Shown here: positions 1 to 10,751 of the stretch, piece after piece
Layout: each line of letters begins with the position of its first letter
Numbering within the stretch: the stretch's first letter is position 1
Notes under the pieces: generated by a model
Seen by the model: only the letters and a program-made list of their open reading frames with translations
The model's database searches: none
Told to the model about the DNA's origin: nothing
Position numbers and translations under genes: made by a program
Assembly: GCA_032249735.1 (NCBI GenBank)
Contig: JAVVHA010000001.1
Span: forward strand, 70,041-134,040
Length of the DNA: 64,000 nucleotides
Source of the DNA: Dehalococcoidia bacterium
GTDB lineage: Bacteria; Chloroflexota; Dehalococcoidia; SM23-28-2; HRBIN24
Reading direction: 5' to 3'

Positions 1-2
1 AG

Positions 3-407
3 TTGCTCACCCTGGCCTCCATAGTGGAAAGGGAAACGTCTGTAGCCGAGGAGAGGCCCATAATCGCCCAGGTATTCCTGAGGCGGCTAGAGCTGGGCAT
101 CCCTCTGGAGGCTGATCCCACCGTCCAATATGCTGTGGCCCAGCTCCCGGGGAGCGTGGAGCGTTACGGCTACTGGAAGAGGTCCCTCACCCTGGAAGAC
201 TTAAGGGTCTCGTCCCCCTATAATACGTATCTGGTGGTTGGGCTACCCCCGGGGCCCATAGCCAGCCCTAGCCTGGACTCCATCTGGGCTGTCGTCAGGC
301 CTTCTGAGACCGATTATCTGTTCTTTGTCGCCAGGCCCGATGGCACCCATGCCTTCGCTAGGACTTGGGATGAGCATGTGCGCAACGTCCAGCGCTATGG
401 TCAGTGA
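3..407 (+). CDS. mltG: Endolytic murein transglycosylase MltG/YceG, C-terminal fragment (5' end outside the window)
   Basis: The translation ends with a YceG-family C-terminal pattern (NTYLVVGLPPGPIASPSLDSI ... DYLFFVARPDGTHAFARTWDEHVRNV). The ORF runs from the window edge. Confidence 0.75.
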   Translation: MLTLASIVERETSVAEERPIIAQVFLRRLELGIPLEADPTVQYAVAQLPGSVERYGYWKRSLTLEDLRVSSPYNTYLVVGLPPGPIASPSLDSIWAVVRPSETDYLFFVARPDGTHAFARTWDEHVRNVQRYGQ

Positions 408-416
408 GGAGGGAAC

Positions 417-1283
417 GTGAAGCTAGTAGGCGTCATCGGGTATCCCCTAGGCCACAGCCTATCGCCCATCTTCCAGCAGGCGGCCTTCGATGCCTTGGGC
501 CTGGAAGTGCGCTATGAACGGTGGGAGACGCCGCCCCATCGTCTCGGGGAGGTGGTAGCATCTTTACGCCTTCCTGACCGGCTGGGGGCCAATGTAACGG
601 TCCCCCATAAGGAGGCCGTCATAGAGCTGCTGGACGAACTGGACCGCACAGCTCGGGAGGCTGGGGCGGTGAACACCATCGTCCACCGCGATGGCCGACT
701 GGTGGGCTATAACACCGATGTGGCCGGCTTCCTGAGGGCCCTTCAAGAGGCCGGGTTCCAGGCCCAGGGCGCAAGGGCGCTGGTGCTAGGGGCTGGTGGA
801 GGGGCAAGAGCCGTGGCCTTGGCCCTGGTCCAGCAACAGGCGGCCATGGTGGTGATTGCCAACCGCACATATCACCGGGCCTTCCGCCTGGCCGAGGCCC
901 TTCGCCCTCTGGCCCGACGCACGGTGGTGCGCTCTATCCCCCTTACTTACTCAGCCCTCCAAGATGCCGGCCCCGTATGGGACCTCATCGTCAACTGTAC
1001 CACCCTGGGCATGCCGGGCACACCAGAGGCCGATAAGTCGCCCCTGCCGCCAGAGCTCATCCCCGGGCAGGCTTTCGTGTTCGACCTGGTCTACGGTCCT
1101 CAGCCCACCCCCCTGGTGCGCATGGCGTGGGAGCGGGGGGCAAGGGCCGTGGATGGCCTGGCCATGCTGGTCTATCAGGGGGCTGAGTCCTTCGCCCTCT
1201 GGACGGGGCTGCAGCCCCCCCTGGAGGTGATGATGGAGGCCGCCCGCAGGGCCCTGGCCTCCGCCTCGCAAGGGGGTGGGTAA
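417..1283 (+). CDS. aroE: Shikimate dehydrogenase
   Basis: GTG start. Motifs GYPLGHSLSPIFQ, NVTVPHKE and GYNTD are present, plus a GAGGGARAVA Rossmann segment. It sits in an aro operon. Confidence 0.88.
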   Translation: MKLVGVIGYPLGHSLSPIFQQAAFDALGLEVRYERWETPPHRLGEVVASLRLPDRLGANVTVPHKEAVIELLDELDRTAREAGAVNTIVHRDGRLVGYNTDVAGFLRALQEAGFQAQGARALVLGAGGGARAVALALVQQQAAMVVIANRTYHRAFRLAEALRPLARRTVVRSIPLTYSALQDAGPVWDLIVNCTTLGMPGTPEADKSPLPPELIPGQAFVFDLVYGPQPTPLVRMAWERGARAVDGLAMLVYQGAESFALWTGLQPPLEVMMEAARRALASASQGGG

Positions 1284-1286
1284 GGG

Positions 1287-1898
1287 ATGGAGTGGGCGCT
1301 ACTGGGCCTCAGCATCGTCTTCCTCTTCATCTCCTGGGTCATCGTTCAGGGGACGCGTGCCCAGCTGGCGTACCGACGGGCCATCGCCGCTGGCGACCTG
1401 GACGTCTTGCGCCAGGTGGTTCAGGAGGCCTTAGAGCAGTGGCGGACCATGAAGCGGCCCCGCGATGTACCGCCTCCTGTGTGGCGGGGAATACAAGGCA
1501 TGGAGCTGGTATCCCTAGATACCGACCATATCCGGGTACGTCTGCTAGCCGAGGGGGAATTCCAGATGATAGATGGGGAGTGGCGGGAGGTGCGTAACCC
1601 TCTAGAGCAGGGGATGTCCCTCACCGCTAAGGCTTTAGAGATGCTCCTATACGACATCCCCAACGTACGCCTGCCCTGGGCACAGGTGGACATTTACACG
1701 CCCTACCGCGACCAGACCGGGCGACCTCAGTTGCGCTGCATCCTGAGCACGGCTGCCCACCGGGAGGCGGCCCGCCGGGTGGACTGGGACACCTGGACCC
1801 CCAAACAGATCGTTGACCACTTTGGAGGCCGTTACCGCCTGGGCCCCGAGGGCGAGCCCCTGGCCGTAGAGGCCCTGATGGCGGTTGGCGGGAGGTAG
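1287..1898 (+). CDS. Hypothetical protein with an N-terminal TM anchor, embedded in the aro operon
   Basis: It has a hydrophobic N-terminus (LLGLSIVFLFISWVIV) and a coding-like composition. It is tightly packed between aroE and aroC with 3-4 nt spacers. No motif was recognised. Confidence 0.5.
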   Translation: MEWALLGLSIVFLFISWVIVQGTRAQLAYRRAIAAGDLDVLRQVVQEALEQWRTMKRPRDVPPPVWRGIQGMELVSLDTDHIRVRLLAEGEFQMIDGEWREVRNPLEQGMSLTAKALEMLLYDIPNVRLPWAQVDIYTPYRDQTGRPQLRCILSTAAHREAARRVDWDTWTPKQIVDHFGGRYRLGPEGEPLAVEALMAVGGR

Positions 1899-1901
1899 AG
1901 G

Positions 1902-3083
1902 ATGACTTCCCTTCGCTTCCTCACGGCTGGCGAGTCCCATGGCCAGGGCCTGGTGGTCATCCTGGAGGGGATGCCTGCCGGGCTCCCCCTCACCTCTGAT
2001 GACCTGGATGTCGATCTACGCCGCCGCCAGCTGGGGTATGGCCGCAGCCGACGTCAGGAACTGGAGCAGGACCACGCCGAGATCCTAGCTGGCGTCCGTC
2101 ACGGGCGCACATTGGGGAGCCCCATATCGGTCCTCATCCGCAACCGGGTGTGGGAGGAGTGGCGGGATGTGATGCGGGTGGAGCCAGGGGCGGAGGTGGG
2201 CAAGCCCGTTACTAGGCTGCGTCCCGGCCACGCTGACCTGGTGGGGGCCATGAAGTATGGGTTCGACGATGTGCGCAACGTGTTGGAGCGGGCCTCGGCG
2301 CGGGAGACAGCGGCCCGGGTGGCCGTAGGGGCCATCTGCCGTCGGCTGCTGGCGGAGTTGGGTATCTCGGTCCACAGCCACACAGTGGCCATCGGCCCTG
2401 TCGTCGCTCCCGCCCGCGACGGCGAGCCCGATTGGGTAGCGGTGGAGGCCTCCCCTGTGCGCTGCGCTGACCCTGAGACTTCCCAGCGTATGGTGCAGGC
2501 CATAGAGGCTGCCAAGGAGGCAGGAGACACCCTAGGTGGGGTGTTCGAAGTGTGGGCTACGGGCGTGCCCATGGGCCTCGGCTCATATGTCCACTGGGAC
2601 CGCAAGCTGGACGGACGTTTGGCCCAGGCCATCATGAGCATCAATGCCGTCAAGGGTGTGGAGATAGGGGGCGGGTTCGCCCTGGCCCACCTGCCAGGCT
2701 CCCAGGCCCACGACCTCATCCTTCCTCCTGATGACTGGGAGGGACAGCCGTGGCGGCGGGCCACCAATCGCGCTGGTGGCCTAGAGGGCGGCGTTACCAA
2801 TGGCCAGCCCATCGTGGTGCGAGGGGCCATCAAGCCCATCGCTACCCTCCCTCGTCCCTTGCCTTCGGTAGACCTACGCACTGGCCAGACGGTGGAGGCC
2901 CATTACGAGCGTTCGGATATCTGCGTTGTGCCTGCGGCGGGGGTCATCGCTGAGGCCATGGTGTGCTTTGTCCTGGCCCAAGCGGTGTTGGAGAAGTTTG
3001 GAGGCGACTCTTTGGAGGAGGTTCAGCGTAACTATCGGGCCTATGTTCAGACCATAGGGCTCCGGGGCCATCGCGGAGGATGA
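1902..3083 (+). CDS. aroC: Chorismate synthase
   Basis: The N-terminus LRFLTAGESHGQGL, the RPGHAD motif and the SARETAARVA motif are all present. It overlaps the next gene by ATGA. Confidence 0.92.
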   Translation: MTSLRFLTAGESHGQGLVVILEGMPAGLPLTSDDLDVDLRRRQLGYGRSRRQELEQDHAEILAGVRHGRTLGSPISVLIRNRVWEEWRDVMRVEPGAEVGKPVTRLRPGHADLVGAMKYGFDDVRNVLERASARETAARVAVGAICRRLLAELGISVHSHTVAIGPVVAPARDGEPDWVAVEASPVRCADPETSQRMVQAIEAAKEAGDTLGGVFEVWATGVPMGLGSYVHWDRKLDGRLAQAIMSINAVKGVEIGGGFALAHLPGSQAHDLILPPDDWEGQPWRRATNRAGGLEGGVTNGQPIVVRGAIKPIATLPRPLPSVDLRTGQTVEAHYERSDICVVPAAGVIAEAMVCFVLAQAVLEKFGGDSLEEVQRNYRAYVQTIGLRGHRGG

Positions 3084-4738
3084 AAAGGCCGGAACGCATC
3101 TTCCTTATTGGGTTTTCGGGCACTGGCAAGAGCTGTGTGGCCCATCTGGCCGCGCAGATGCTGGGCTGGGAGACCCTGGACACCGATGCCATGGTGGAAG
3201 AGGAGGCGGGACTGCCCATCCCCCAGATCTTCCGTCGCTGGGGCGAGGCCTGGTTCCGGGAAGCGGAGGCCAGGGCCTTAGGCCGTGCCGCAGCCCGTCG
3301 GAGGGTGGTGGTGGCCACAGGTGGCGGCATCGTCCTCCGGCCCCAGAACCGCCAGCTGATGGCCCGACAGGGGTTTGTGGTCTGTCTGGAGGCCCGCCCC
3401 CAGACCATCCTAGCCCGCCTGCAAGGAGGGGAGGCGCCTGAGCGCCCCCTCCTGCAGGGGAGGGATCCCCTGCGGCGCATCATGGCCCTCAAGGCCCGCC
3501 GACAGCACCTGTACGCTTTGGCTGACCACACCATCCACACCGACCGCCTATCGCCCGAGGAGGTGGCCAGGGAAGTAGTGCGCGCCTGGCGTCGTTTCTC
3601 GGCTGGTGTTGAGGGAGGAGGGGAGCGCCTTGCCCCCGAGGCCCTCTTCGCTGGCGCGGCGTGCGTGGTAAGCATATCCTCGGGCCCCTACCCAGTCTAC
3701 GTGGGCTGGGACCTCCTGGACCGGCTGGGGGAGCTGGTGGCTGGCCTCGGGGGGCGCGTCTTCTTGGTGAGCGATGAGACGGTGTTCCGCCTTCACGGCC
3801 AGAGGGCCATAGCCTCCCTGGAAAGGGCGAACCTGCCGACAGTAGCCACCACTGTTCCTCCAGGCGAGGAGAGCAAGGACATGGCTATGGCTACTCGTCT
3901 CCTGGACTGGTTGGTGGCGCACCGGGCAGAGCGAGGGGATGTGATGGTGGCCTTGGGGGGTGGCATGGTCACCGACCTGGCGGGCTTCGTGGCCGCCATC
4001 TATGCCCGCGGCATGCCACTGGTGCATGCTCCCACCACCCTCCTGGCCATGGTAGACGCGGCCATCGGGGGCAAGGTGGCCGTCAACCACCCAAAGGCCA
4101 AGAACATGGTGGGGGCCTTCCATCATCCGGCGGTGGTGGTCTCCGACCTCTCTACCCTGACCACCTTATCTCCTCGCGAGGTAGCCACGGGCTGGGCAGA
4201 GACCATTAAGCACGGCCTCGTTGCTGACCCTGGGCTGCTGGACCTGCTGGAGGACCGGGCAGAGGCGCTGTTGGCCCTGGAGAAGGAGGCTATCACCGAG
4301 ACGGTGGCCCGCTCTGCCGCTGTCAAGGCCATGGTGGTGGCCGAGGACGAGCGGGAGGAGTCGGGGCGGCGGGCCATCCTCAATTATGGTCATACCGTGG
4401 GCCATGCCCTGGAGGCGGCCACTGGCTATTCCCGCCTCTACCATGGGGAAGCCGTATCCGTAGGCATGATGGCTGCCGCCCATCTCGGCCTGCGCCTGGG
4501 CCTCACCCCTCCCCATCTTTTACATCGCCAACGGCGCCTCCTTGAGCGGTTCCGCCTCCCCACCAGTGTGGGGGGCGTGGCCAAGGAAGCCCTGTGGCAG
4601 GCGCTCGCCCTGGACAAGAAGGTGCAGCACGGGCGTTTGCGCTGGGTGCTCCTTAAGGACGTCGGCCGCCCCGTGGTCACCAGCGATGTGCCATTGCCCC
4701 TGGTAGAAGAGGCGCTAGACTCGGTGCTGAGCCCCTGA
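3080..4738 (+). CDS. aroK/aroB: Bifunctional shikimate kinase / 3-dehydroquinate synthase (AroK-AroB fusion)
   Basis: The N-terminal ~170 aa carry a P-loop GFSGTGKS and a shikimate kinase fold. A Gly-rich linker joins the C-terminal ~360 aa, which have DHQS motifs ([27 protein letters not shown]). The frame is open throughout. Confidence 0.85.
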   Translation: MKRPERIFLIGFSGTGKSCVAHLAAQMLGWETLDTDAMVEEEAGLPIPQIFRRWGEAWFREAEARALGRAAARRRVVVATGGGIVLRPQNRQLMARQGFVVCLEARPQTILARLQGGEAPERPLLQGRDPLRRIMALKARRQHLYALADHTIHTDRLSPEEVAREVVRAWRRFSAGVEGGGERLAPEALFAGAACVVSISSGPYPVYVGWDLLDRLGELVAGLGGRVFLVSDETVFRLHGQRAIASLERANLPTVATTVPPGEESKDMAMATRLLDWLVAHRAERGDVMVALGGGMVTDLAGFVAAIYARGMPLVHAPTTLLAMVDAAIGGKVAVNHPKAKNMVGAFHHPAVVVSDLSTLTTLSPREVATGWAETIKHGLVADPGLLDLLEDRAEALLALEKEAITETVARSAAVKAMVVAEDEREESGRRAILNYGHTVGHALEAATGYSRLYHGEAVSVGMMAAAHLGLRLGLTPPHLLHRQRRLLERFRLPTSVGGVAKEALWQALALDKKVQHGRLRWVLLKDVGRPVVTSDVPLPLVEEALDSVLSP

Positions 4739-4752
4739 AAGCGGTAGCTGCG

Positions 4753-5037
4753 GTGGAGGGGAAGGCGGCCCTCAGGGCCATCGTCCGAGGCCGGGTCCAG
4801 GGCGTGGGGTTCCGCGACTTCGTTTGGCGTCGAGCCCGGTTCCTGGGGCTGGTGGGCTACGTGCGGAACCTCCCCGATGGCCGCTCGGTGGAGGTGGTGG
4901 CCGAGGGGCAGCGGGACGACCTGGAGCAGCTCCTGGAGTTCCTGCGCTCGGGCCCCCCGGCTGCCCGTGTAGAGCAGGTGGATGTGGAGTGGGGAGAGGC
5001 CACCGACCGCTTCCAGCGGTTCGTCATCCTGGCCTAG
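4753..5037 (+). CDS. acyP: Acylphosphatase
   Basis: 94 aa. [14 protein letters not shown] and [18 protein letters not shown] are acylphosphatase signatures. GTG start. Confidence 0.8.
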   Translation: MEGKAALRAIVRGRVQGVGFRDFVWRRARFLGLVGYVRNLPDGRSVEVVAEGQRDDLEQLLEFLRSGPPAARVEQVDVEWGEATDRFQRFVILA

Positions 5038-5207
5038 CTGGGCCGTCGCACGCGGATGCTCACCTCTTGGGCGTTCTCCGCTCCCTTGAGGGTGCTCACC
5101 ATGCCCAAGATGGTGGAGGCTAGGATCTGGCGCACGAAGGGGGCCAGAGATAGGGGGCGGCCGTCCACCACCAGCTCCACCTCTGGGTCACGCTCCTCCT
5201 GGGACAA
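5037..5207 (-). CDS. Small hypothetical protein (~57 aa), apparently translationally coupled to moeA
   Basis: A GGAGGGG Shine-Dalgarno sits immediately after the moeA stop codon, followed 5 nt later by TTG. The frame is open to a TAG that shares the CTAG with the acyP stop. The translation [57 protein letters not shown] has a plausible small alpha/beta composition. It is absent from the ORF track because it is under 60 aa. Confidence 0.35.
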
Positions 5208-5219
5208 TGCTTCCCCTCC

Positions 5220-6533
5220 TCACGCGCTTAGCTGTTGGGCGACGAAGCCTGGCTCAGTGCCCCACTCCTCCCCGTGGCTCCAGTCGAGCATAATCACCTC
5301 TATCTCCTCGCCAGGCTCCACGATGCGCTTTTGCGGCGGGATGAAGGTCACGCCGTTGGCCCGCGCCAGAGAGGTGAGGATGCCGGAGCCCTGGGGCCCG
5401 GTGAGGCGCGCATAATATCGCCCATCTCTCTTGGTGACGATACAACGGGCCAGGAAGACCCGGTCATCGGTGCGCGTGTCGATGCGCTCCTCGGCGATGG
5501 CCCGCACATGGGGACGTGACCAGTCCTTCTTACCCATCATCTTCATAAGGGCCGGCCGACCGAAGAGCTCGAAGACGAGGAGGGCGCTGACGGGGTTGCC
5601 AGGCAGACCGAGATGGGGCACTCGCCTCTCCTTGCGCCAGAACCAGCCGAAGGCCAGGGGCTTGCCAGGCTTCATGGCCACCGTCCAGAAGTCGATCTCG
5701 CCTTCCTCCGCTAGCACCTCCTTTACCACGTCGTAATAGCCGCGCGAGATGCCAGCGGAGGTCACCACCAAATCGGCGTCCATGGCGCGCTGGATCTTGG
5801 CCCGCAGGGCGGAGACGTTGTCCCGGGCGATGCCCAGCACCCGTGGGATGCCCCCATATCTGCGCACCAAGGCTGCCACCCCATAGGCGTTGCTGTCGTA
5901 TACCTGGGTTGGGCCCTTGGAGCGCCCCGGGCGTACCACTTCATCGCCCGTGGAGATGATAGCTACCACCGGCCGTCTGATGACGCGGGCCCGGTCCCGC
6001 CCCAGGGCTGCCAGGACAGCTATTTCGGAGGCCCGGAGGATAGTGCCTGCCCTTAACACCACCTCACCCCGCCGGATGTCCTCGCCGGCCCGTCGCACGT
6101 TGGCCCCCGCTGCCACCTCCTTGAAGATACGTATATGGCCGCGGCGGAGGCGGCGGGCCCGAGAAGGGGCATCTCTGAAGGCCTCATCGGTATCCTCGAA
6201 GGGCACAACGGCATCGGCTCCAGGAGGGATGGGGGCCCCCGTCATGATGCGAACGGCCTCTTTCTCCCTCACCTCCCCTGGGAAGGAGTATCCCGCTGCC
6301 ACCTCGCCTATCACCGTCAGCTGCACAGGACGGTCGGGCGCTGCCCCTATGGTATCTACGGCCCGCACAGCGTAGCCGTCCATAGCCGAGTTGTCGATGG
6401 GGGGGACATCTAGAGGAGAGATGACGTCCTCAGCTAGGACCTGGCCCAAGGCCTCTACGATGGGCCTCTCCTCCGCCTCTAGGGGCTCTACGCAGTCCAG
6501 GATGCGCTGGAGAGCCTCCTCAACGCTGATCAT
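5220..6533 (-). CDS. moeA: Molybdopterin molybdenumtransferase
   Basis: The MoeA N-terminus (SVEEALQRIL) is present, and the domain order through the C-terminal EIEVIMLDW beta-barrel is complete. It has a ~20 aa C-terminal tail. Confidence 0.85.
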   Translation of the reverse strand: MISVEEALQRILDCVEPLEAEERPIVEALGQVLAEDVISPLDVPPIDNSAMDGYAVRAVDTIGAAPDRPVQLTVIGEVAAGYSFPGEVREKEAVRIMTGAPIPPGADAVVPFEDTDEAFRDAPSRARRLRRGHIRIFKEVAAGANVRRAGEDIRRGEVVLRAGTILRASEIAVLAALGRDRARVIRRPVVAIISTGDEVVRPGRSKGPTQVYDSNAYGVAALVRRYGGIPRVLGIARDNVSALRAKIQRAMDADLVVTSAGISRGYYDVVKEVLAEEGEIDFWTVAMKPGKPLAFGWFWRKERRVPHLGLPGNPVSALLVFELFGRPALMKMMGKKDWSRPHVRAIAEERIDTRTDDRVFLARCIVTKRDGRYYARLTGPQGSGILTSLARANGVTFIPPQKRIVEPGEEIEVIMLDWSHGEEWGTEPGFVAQQLSA

Positions 6534-6540
6534 GGCCTTC

Positions 6541-6795
6541 TTAGGTGCTGAGCCTCACCACTAGGCAGGTGGTGGTGCGCTGCACGCCGTCCACCTGCTG
6601 TATGCCCTCCGTTACTGCCCTGCCCAACCTGTCCAGGTCATCGGCTTCCAGGAGGGCGATGACGTCGAAGGGGCCGGTGACGGCGTCCACCGAGATGACC
6701 CGTGCCTCGGCCAGGTTCAGCTTCTGCACCCCCTCCGCCACACTCCTGGCCTTGCCCACCGCTGCCTCGATGAGGACATAAGCACGCATGGCCAT
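6541..6795 (-). CDS. Stand-alone Lrp/AsnC-type ligand-binding (RAM) domain protein
   Basis: 84 aa. The pattern AYVLIEAAVGKARSVAEGVQKL...ARVISVDAVTGPFDVIALLEADDLDRLGRAV matches the AsnC-type RAM fold. It has no HTH. Confidence 0.6.
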   Translation of the reverse strand: MAMRAYVLIEAAVGKARSVAEGVQKLNLAEARVISVDAVTGPFDVIALLEADDLDRLGRAVTEGIQQVDGVQRTTTCLVVRLST

Positions 6796-6915
6796 CGCTT
6801 CTCCTCCTTTTTGGGCCTGGCTATGGTCATCTTACCTCCTAGACATGGGCTGTCAAGCAGCGGCTCAGTTGACCTTAGGCGTGTGGATGGGGATAATGGC
6901 GCTGCGGCCGGTGCC

Positions 6916-7959
6916 ATGTCCTCTCTGCGCGAGCTGGAGGAGATAGAGTCCCAGGCCCGCTCAGCGCTGCTGGCGGCTGAGGATGAGGCCCAGCTGGACG
7001 CTTGGTGGCAGGCCTTCTTGGGGCGTAAGGGCCGCTTGACGCAGGTGCTGCGGGGGCTAGCCTCTCTGCCGTTGGAGGAGCGACGCCTGCTGGGATCCCA
7101 CGCTAACCGCCTCAAAGAGGAGTTGCAAGCGGCCTATCAAGAACGGCGGCAGCGCTTGCAGGAGGAGTCGCTGGCCCGCGCCCTGGCCGCCAGCCGGGTG
7201 GACGTCAGCCTGCCAGGCCGGCCCCTGCCCGTGGGGCGTTTGCACCCCATCACCCAGACCCTGAGGGATGTGCTGGATTGCTTCCGCTCCCTAGGCTTCC
7301 AGGTGGTGGAGGGGCCGGAGGTGGAGTGGGATTACTACAACTTCGAGGCCCTCCTCATTCCCAAGGACCACCCGGCACGGGACCTGTGGGCTACCCTGTG
7401 GATAGACTATCGGCGCAATGGCGAGATGCCTATGCTCTTGCGCACCCATACTAGCCCCAATCAGATACGGTATATGGAGACCCACTCGCCCCCCATCCGC
7501 ATCGTCTCCCCCGGCAAGTGTTATCGGTATGAGGCCACCGACCCCACCCACGAATGGATGCTCACCCAGGTGGAGGTGCTGGCCGTGGACGAGGGCCTGG
7601 GCATGGCCGACCTGAAGGGCACTCTGGCCGAGTTCGCACGCCGCATCTTCGGGCCCGAGCGTCGCGTCCGCTTCCGCTGCGAGTACTATCCCTTCGTGGA
7701 GCCGGGGATGGACGTGCTCATCGACTGTTTCCAGTGCGGCGGTGTTGGGTGTCGCATCTGTGGCCATACGGGCTGGCTGGAGATCCTGGGCTCTGGTATG
7801 GTTCACCCCCAGATCCTGGCCAACGTGGGCTACGACCCGGAGCGGTACACCGGTTTCGCTGCCGGCCTGGGCATCGAGCGCATCGCTATGATCCGTTACG
7901 GCATCGACGATATCCGCCTCTTCTACCAGAACGACCTCCGCTTCCTCGAGCAGTTTTAG
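6916..7959 (+). CDS. pheS: Phenylalanine--tRNA ligase alpha subunit
   Basis: It has a class II aaRS core (FRCEYYPFVEPGMDV, GWLEILGSGMVHP). The start was chosen at an internal ATG (MSSLRELEEIE) to give the usual ~347 aa. The ORF track's upstream extension from 6811 is probably non-coding. Confidence 0.88.
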   Translation: MSSLRELEEIESQARSALLAAEDEAQLDAWWQAFLGRKGRLTQVLRGLASLPLEERRLLGSHANRLKEELQAAYQERRQRLQEESLARALAASRVDVSLPGRPLPVGRLHPITQTLRDVLDCFRSLGFQVVEGPEVEWDYYNFEALLIPKDHPARDLWATLWIDYRRNGEMPMLLRTHTSPNQIRYMETHSPPIRIVSPGKCYRYEATDPTHEWMLTQVEVLAVDEGLGMADLKGTLAEFARRIFGPERRVRFRCEYYPFVEPGMDVLIDCFQCGGVGCRICGHTGWLEILGSGMVHPQILANVGYDPERYTGFAAGLGIERIAMIRYGIDDIRLFYQNDLRFLEQF

Positions 7960-7977
7960 TATTAGTAGGAGGAGGAG

Positions 7978-10377
7978 ATGCGCATACCGCTCAGCTGGCT
8001 TCAGGAATTCGTGGACATAACGGTGCCGCTGGAGGAGCTGGCCCACCGTCTCACCGATGCTGGCCTGGAGGTGGCAGCCATCGAGCGCACGGGGGATTGG
8101 CGTCATGTTTATGTGGGGCAAGTGGTGGGCCTGCAGACTCATCCTAACGCCGAGCGTCTCCACCTAGCGACGGTAGACTTGGGGGACAGGCGAGTGCAGG
8201 TGGTGTGCGGAGCGCCCAACGTGGCCCTGGGCCAGAAGGTGCCCTTGGCCCTGGAGGGCGCTGAGGTCATCCATCCCCAAACAGGCGAGCTGGTGCCTGT
8301 CCGTCGTGCTGTCATTAGGGGGGTGGAATCGGCCGGCATGATATGCTCAGAGCGGGAGCTGGGCATCTCCGATGACCACTCGGGCATCATGGTCCTGCCC
8401 CAGGACGCCCCCGTGGGGCTCCCCCTTTCCCGGTACTTAGGGGAGACGGTGCTGGAGCTGGAGGTTCGTCCCCACCGACCTGATGCCCTCTCCGTCTTGG
8501 GGGTGGCGAGGGAGGTGGCGGCCCTGACGGGGCAAAGGATAAGGGAACCACCCATGGAGTACGAGGAGGCGGGAGCGCCCATCAAGGGACGCATCGCCGT
8601 GGAGATCGCCGACCCTGAGCTCTGCCCCCGGTACGTGGCTGGCCTGGTGGAGGGCGTGCGGGTGGGCCCCTCCCCATCCTGGATGCAGAACCGGCTGCGG
8701 GCGGCTGGCCTGCGCCCCATCAACAATGTGGTGGATGTGACTAACTATGTCATGCTGGAGATGGGCCAACCCCTGCACGCCTTTGACCTCCATAAGCTTA
8801 TGGAGCAGCGCATTGTGGTGCGCCGCGCTGCCGAGGGCGAAACCCTGGAGCTGCTGGACGGTCGTTTGGCCTCCCTCACCCCGGAGATGTTGGTCATCGC
8901 CGATGCCCAGCGGCCGGTGGCTGTAGCCGGGGTCATGGGCGGGGCTAACTCGGAGGTGGACCCCTCCACCACTGCCATTCTGCTGGAATCGGCCAACTTC
9001 CATGGGCCCAGTATTCGACGCACAGCACAAGCCCTGAAGGTGCGCACTGAGGCCTCTCTGCGGTTCGAAAAGGGTCTTAGCAGGCACCTGCCCCTGTACG
9101 CTGCCCGCCGGGCCATGCACCTTCTCCTGAGACTGTGTGGAGGGCAGGCTGCCACGGGGCTGCTAGACGTCTTCCCGGGCAAGACGAAGGAGCCTCGCAT
9201 AACCGTCAGCCGCCGTCGCTTGGCCACCGTGCTGGGGCTCGACCTGCCGCCGGCACAGGTGCGTCAGAGCCTCTCATCCCTGGGGTTCTCCTGCCGCTGG
9301 ATGCCGCCCGATACTTACGTGGTGCGGGTGCCCTATTGGCGCAGCGACGTGCGCATCCCGGAGGATGTGGCCGAAGAGGTGGCCCGCGTCCTGAGCTACG
9401 AGCGCCTGCCTACGGCACCTCCCCGTGGCACCATCCCCCCGGCCGAGGCCCAGCCTTTGCGGGACTTCCGGGAACGAGCGCGCGATGCCTTGGCGGCTGC
9501 CGGCCTCCAGGAGGTCATCACCTATCCTCTCCTAGATAAGGAGTCGTTGACCCAAACCCTTTCGCCACAGGAGATGGCCACCCACCCGCCCCTAAGGGTG
9601 GCCAACCCTATGAGCCGGGAGCTGGAGTACCTGCGCACTACCTTACGCCCAGGGCTCTTGCGGGTCCTCGCCCGTAACCTGCGTGTGCGCCTCTCCCTGC
9701 CCGGCTTCTTCGAGGTGGGGAGGGTCTTCCTGCCCCGGGCCGACGACCTCCCACGGGAGGTGGAGATGGCTGCCATCGTCATGGGTGGGATGCGTTGCGA
9801 CCGCTGGGGCCGCCCCAGCGACGAGCCGGTGGACCTGTTCGATCTCAAGGGGGCATTGGAGGCAGCCCTCGACCGGCTGGGCATAAGGGCCCGCTATCGC
9901 CCCACCTCCCACCCTATCTTCCTTGAAGGGCAGACGGCTGCCATCTTGGTGGGGGGAGAGGTGGTGGGGCTCCTAGGCCTTGTCCATCCGCGGGTGGCTG
10001 GCCATTTCCAGGTGGAGGGGAGGGCTTTCCTGGCGGAGCTGGACCTGGAGCGGCTCCTTCCCTTCGCGCAGGCTGTCCGCCGCTATAGGCCCTTCTCACG
10101 CTTCCCGCCGGTGCGGGAGGACTTAGCTATCATCGTCGACGACGGCGTCCCCGCCCAGGAGGCCCAGACCATCATCGAGGAGTCGCCCTTGGTGACCACT
10201 GCTCAGCTGTTCGATGTGTACACGGGGCCGCCGGTGCCGCCGGGCAAGAAGTCCCTGGCCTTCGCCATTACCTATCAGAGTCTAGACCATACCCCCACTG
10301 ATGAGGAGGTGGCAGCAGAGCGGGCGCGCATCGTGGCCCGCTTGCGGGAGGCCTTGGGGGCTGTCCTTAGGGGCTAG
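7978..10377 (+). CDS. pheT: Phenylalanine--tRNA ligase beta subunit
   Basis: 799 aa. It has the N-terminal [13 protein letters not shown], tRNA-binding, B3/4 and B5 segments. A GGAGGAG RBS is present. Confidence 0.9.
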   Translation: MRIPLSWLQEFVDITVPLEELAHRLTDAGLEVAAIERTGDWRHVYVGQVVGLQTHPNAERLHLATVDLGDRRVQVVCGAPNVALGQKVPLALEGAEVIHPQTGELVPVRRAVIRGVESAGMICSERELGISDDHSGIMVLPQDAPVGLPLSRYLGETVLELEVRPHRPDALSVLGVAREVAALTGQRIREPPMEYEEAGAPIKGRIAVEIADPELCPRYVAGLVEGVRVGPSPSWMQNRLRAAGLRPINNVVDVTNYVMLEMGQPLHAFDLHKLMEQRIVVRRAAEGETLELLDGRLASLTPEMLVIADAQRPVAVAGVMGGANSEVDPSTTAILLESANFHGPSIRRTAQALKVRTEASLRFEKGLSRHLPLYAARRAMHLLLRLCGGQAATGLLDVFPGKTKEPRITVSRRRLATVLGLDLPPAQVRQSLSSLGFSCRWMPPDTYVVRVPYWRSDVRIPEDVAEEVARVLSYERLPTAPPRGTIPPAEAQPLRDFRERARDALAAAGLQEVITYPLLDKESLTQTLSPQEMATHPPLRVANPMSRELEYLRTTLRPGLLRVLARNLRVRLSLPGFFEVGRVFLPRADDLPREVEMAAIVMGGMRCDRWGRPSDEPVDLFDLKGALEAALDRLGIRARYRPTSHPIFLEGQTAAILVGGEVVGLLGLVHPRVAGHFQVEGRAFLAELDLERLLPFAQAVRRYRPFSRFPPVREDLAIIVDDGVPAQEAQTIIEESPLVTTAQLFDVYTGPPVPPGKKSLAFAITYQSLDHTPTDEEVAAERARIVARLREALGAVLRG

Positions 10378-10735
10378 AACTAGCTAGTGCTGCTCTCGCC
10401 TTTTCCACCAGCTGGGCAAACGCCTGGGGCTCCCTCACCGCTAGATCAGCTAGCACCTTGCGGTCTAGCTCGATGCCGGCCCGCCGAAGACCATCGATGA
10501 ATCGACGATAGGGCAAGCCATGCAGACGGGCGGCGGCGTTGATGCGGGCGATCCAGAGGCGGCGGAATTGGCCCTTACGGTCCCGCCGGTGCTCGTAGGC
10601 ATAATACAGGGCGTGGATAAGGGACTCGCGCGCCCTCTTGTAGGAGCGGCTGCGCGCCCCCACATGCCCCTTCACTTGGGCCAAGACCTTCTTGTGACGG
10701 CGCCGCTTGGTGACTCCTCTCTTCACCCTGGCCAC
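10367..10735 (-). CDS. rplT: 50S ribosomal protein L20
   Basis: The sequence [23 protein letters not shown] ... [10 protein letters not shown] is canonical L20. Confidence 0.93.
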   Translation of the reverse strand: MARVKRGVTKRRRHKKVLAQVKGHVGARSRSYKRARESLIHALYYAYEHRRDRKGQFRRLWIARINAAARLHGLPYRRFIDGLRRAGIELDRKVLADLAVREPQAFAQLVEKARAALASSSP

Positions 10736-10751
10736 GACATTACCCTCCTCA

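Noticed and set aside
2099-2881. Long antisense ORFs inside real genes (for example 2099-2881 -, 2944-3675 -, 7291-8163 -, 18181-19347 -, 24778-25533 -, 55109-55717 +)
   Set aside because: At ~67% GC, stop codons are rare in all frames. These frames oppose or overlap genes with strong motif support and give Arg/Pro/Gly/Ser-rich low-complexity products.
6796-6915. Possible T-box leader upstream of pheS (and thrS)
   Set aside because: No T-box consensus (AGGGUGGNACCGCG) or specifier/antiterminator arrangement was found in either leader.
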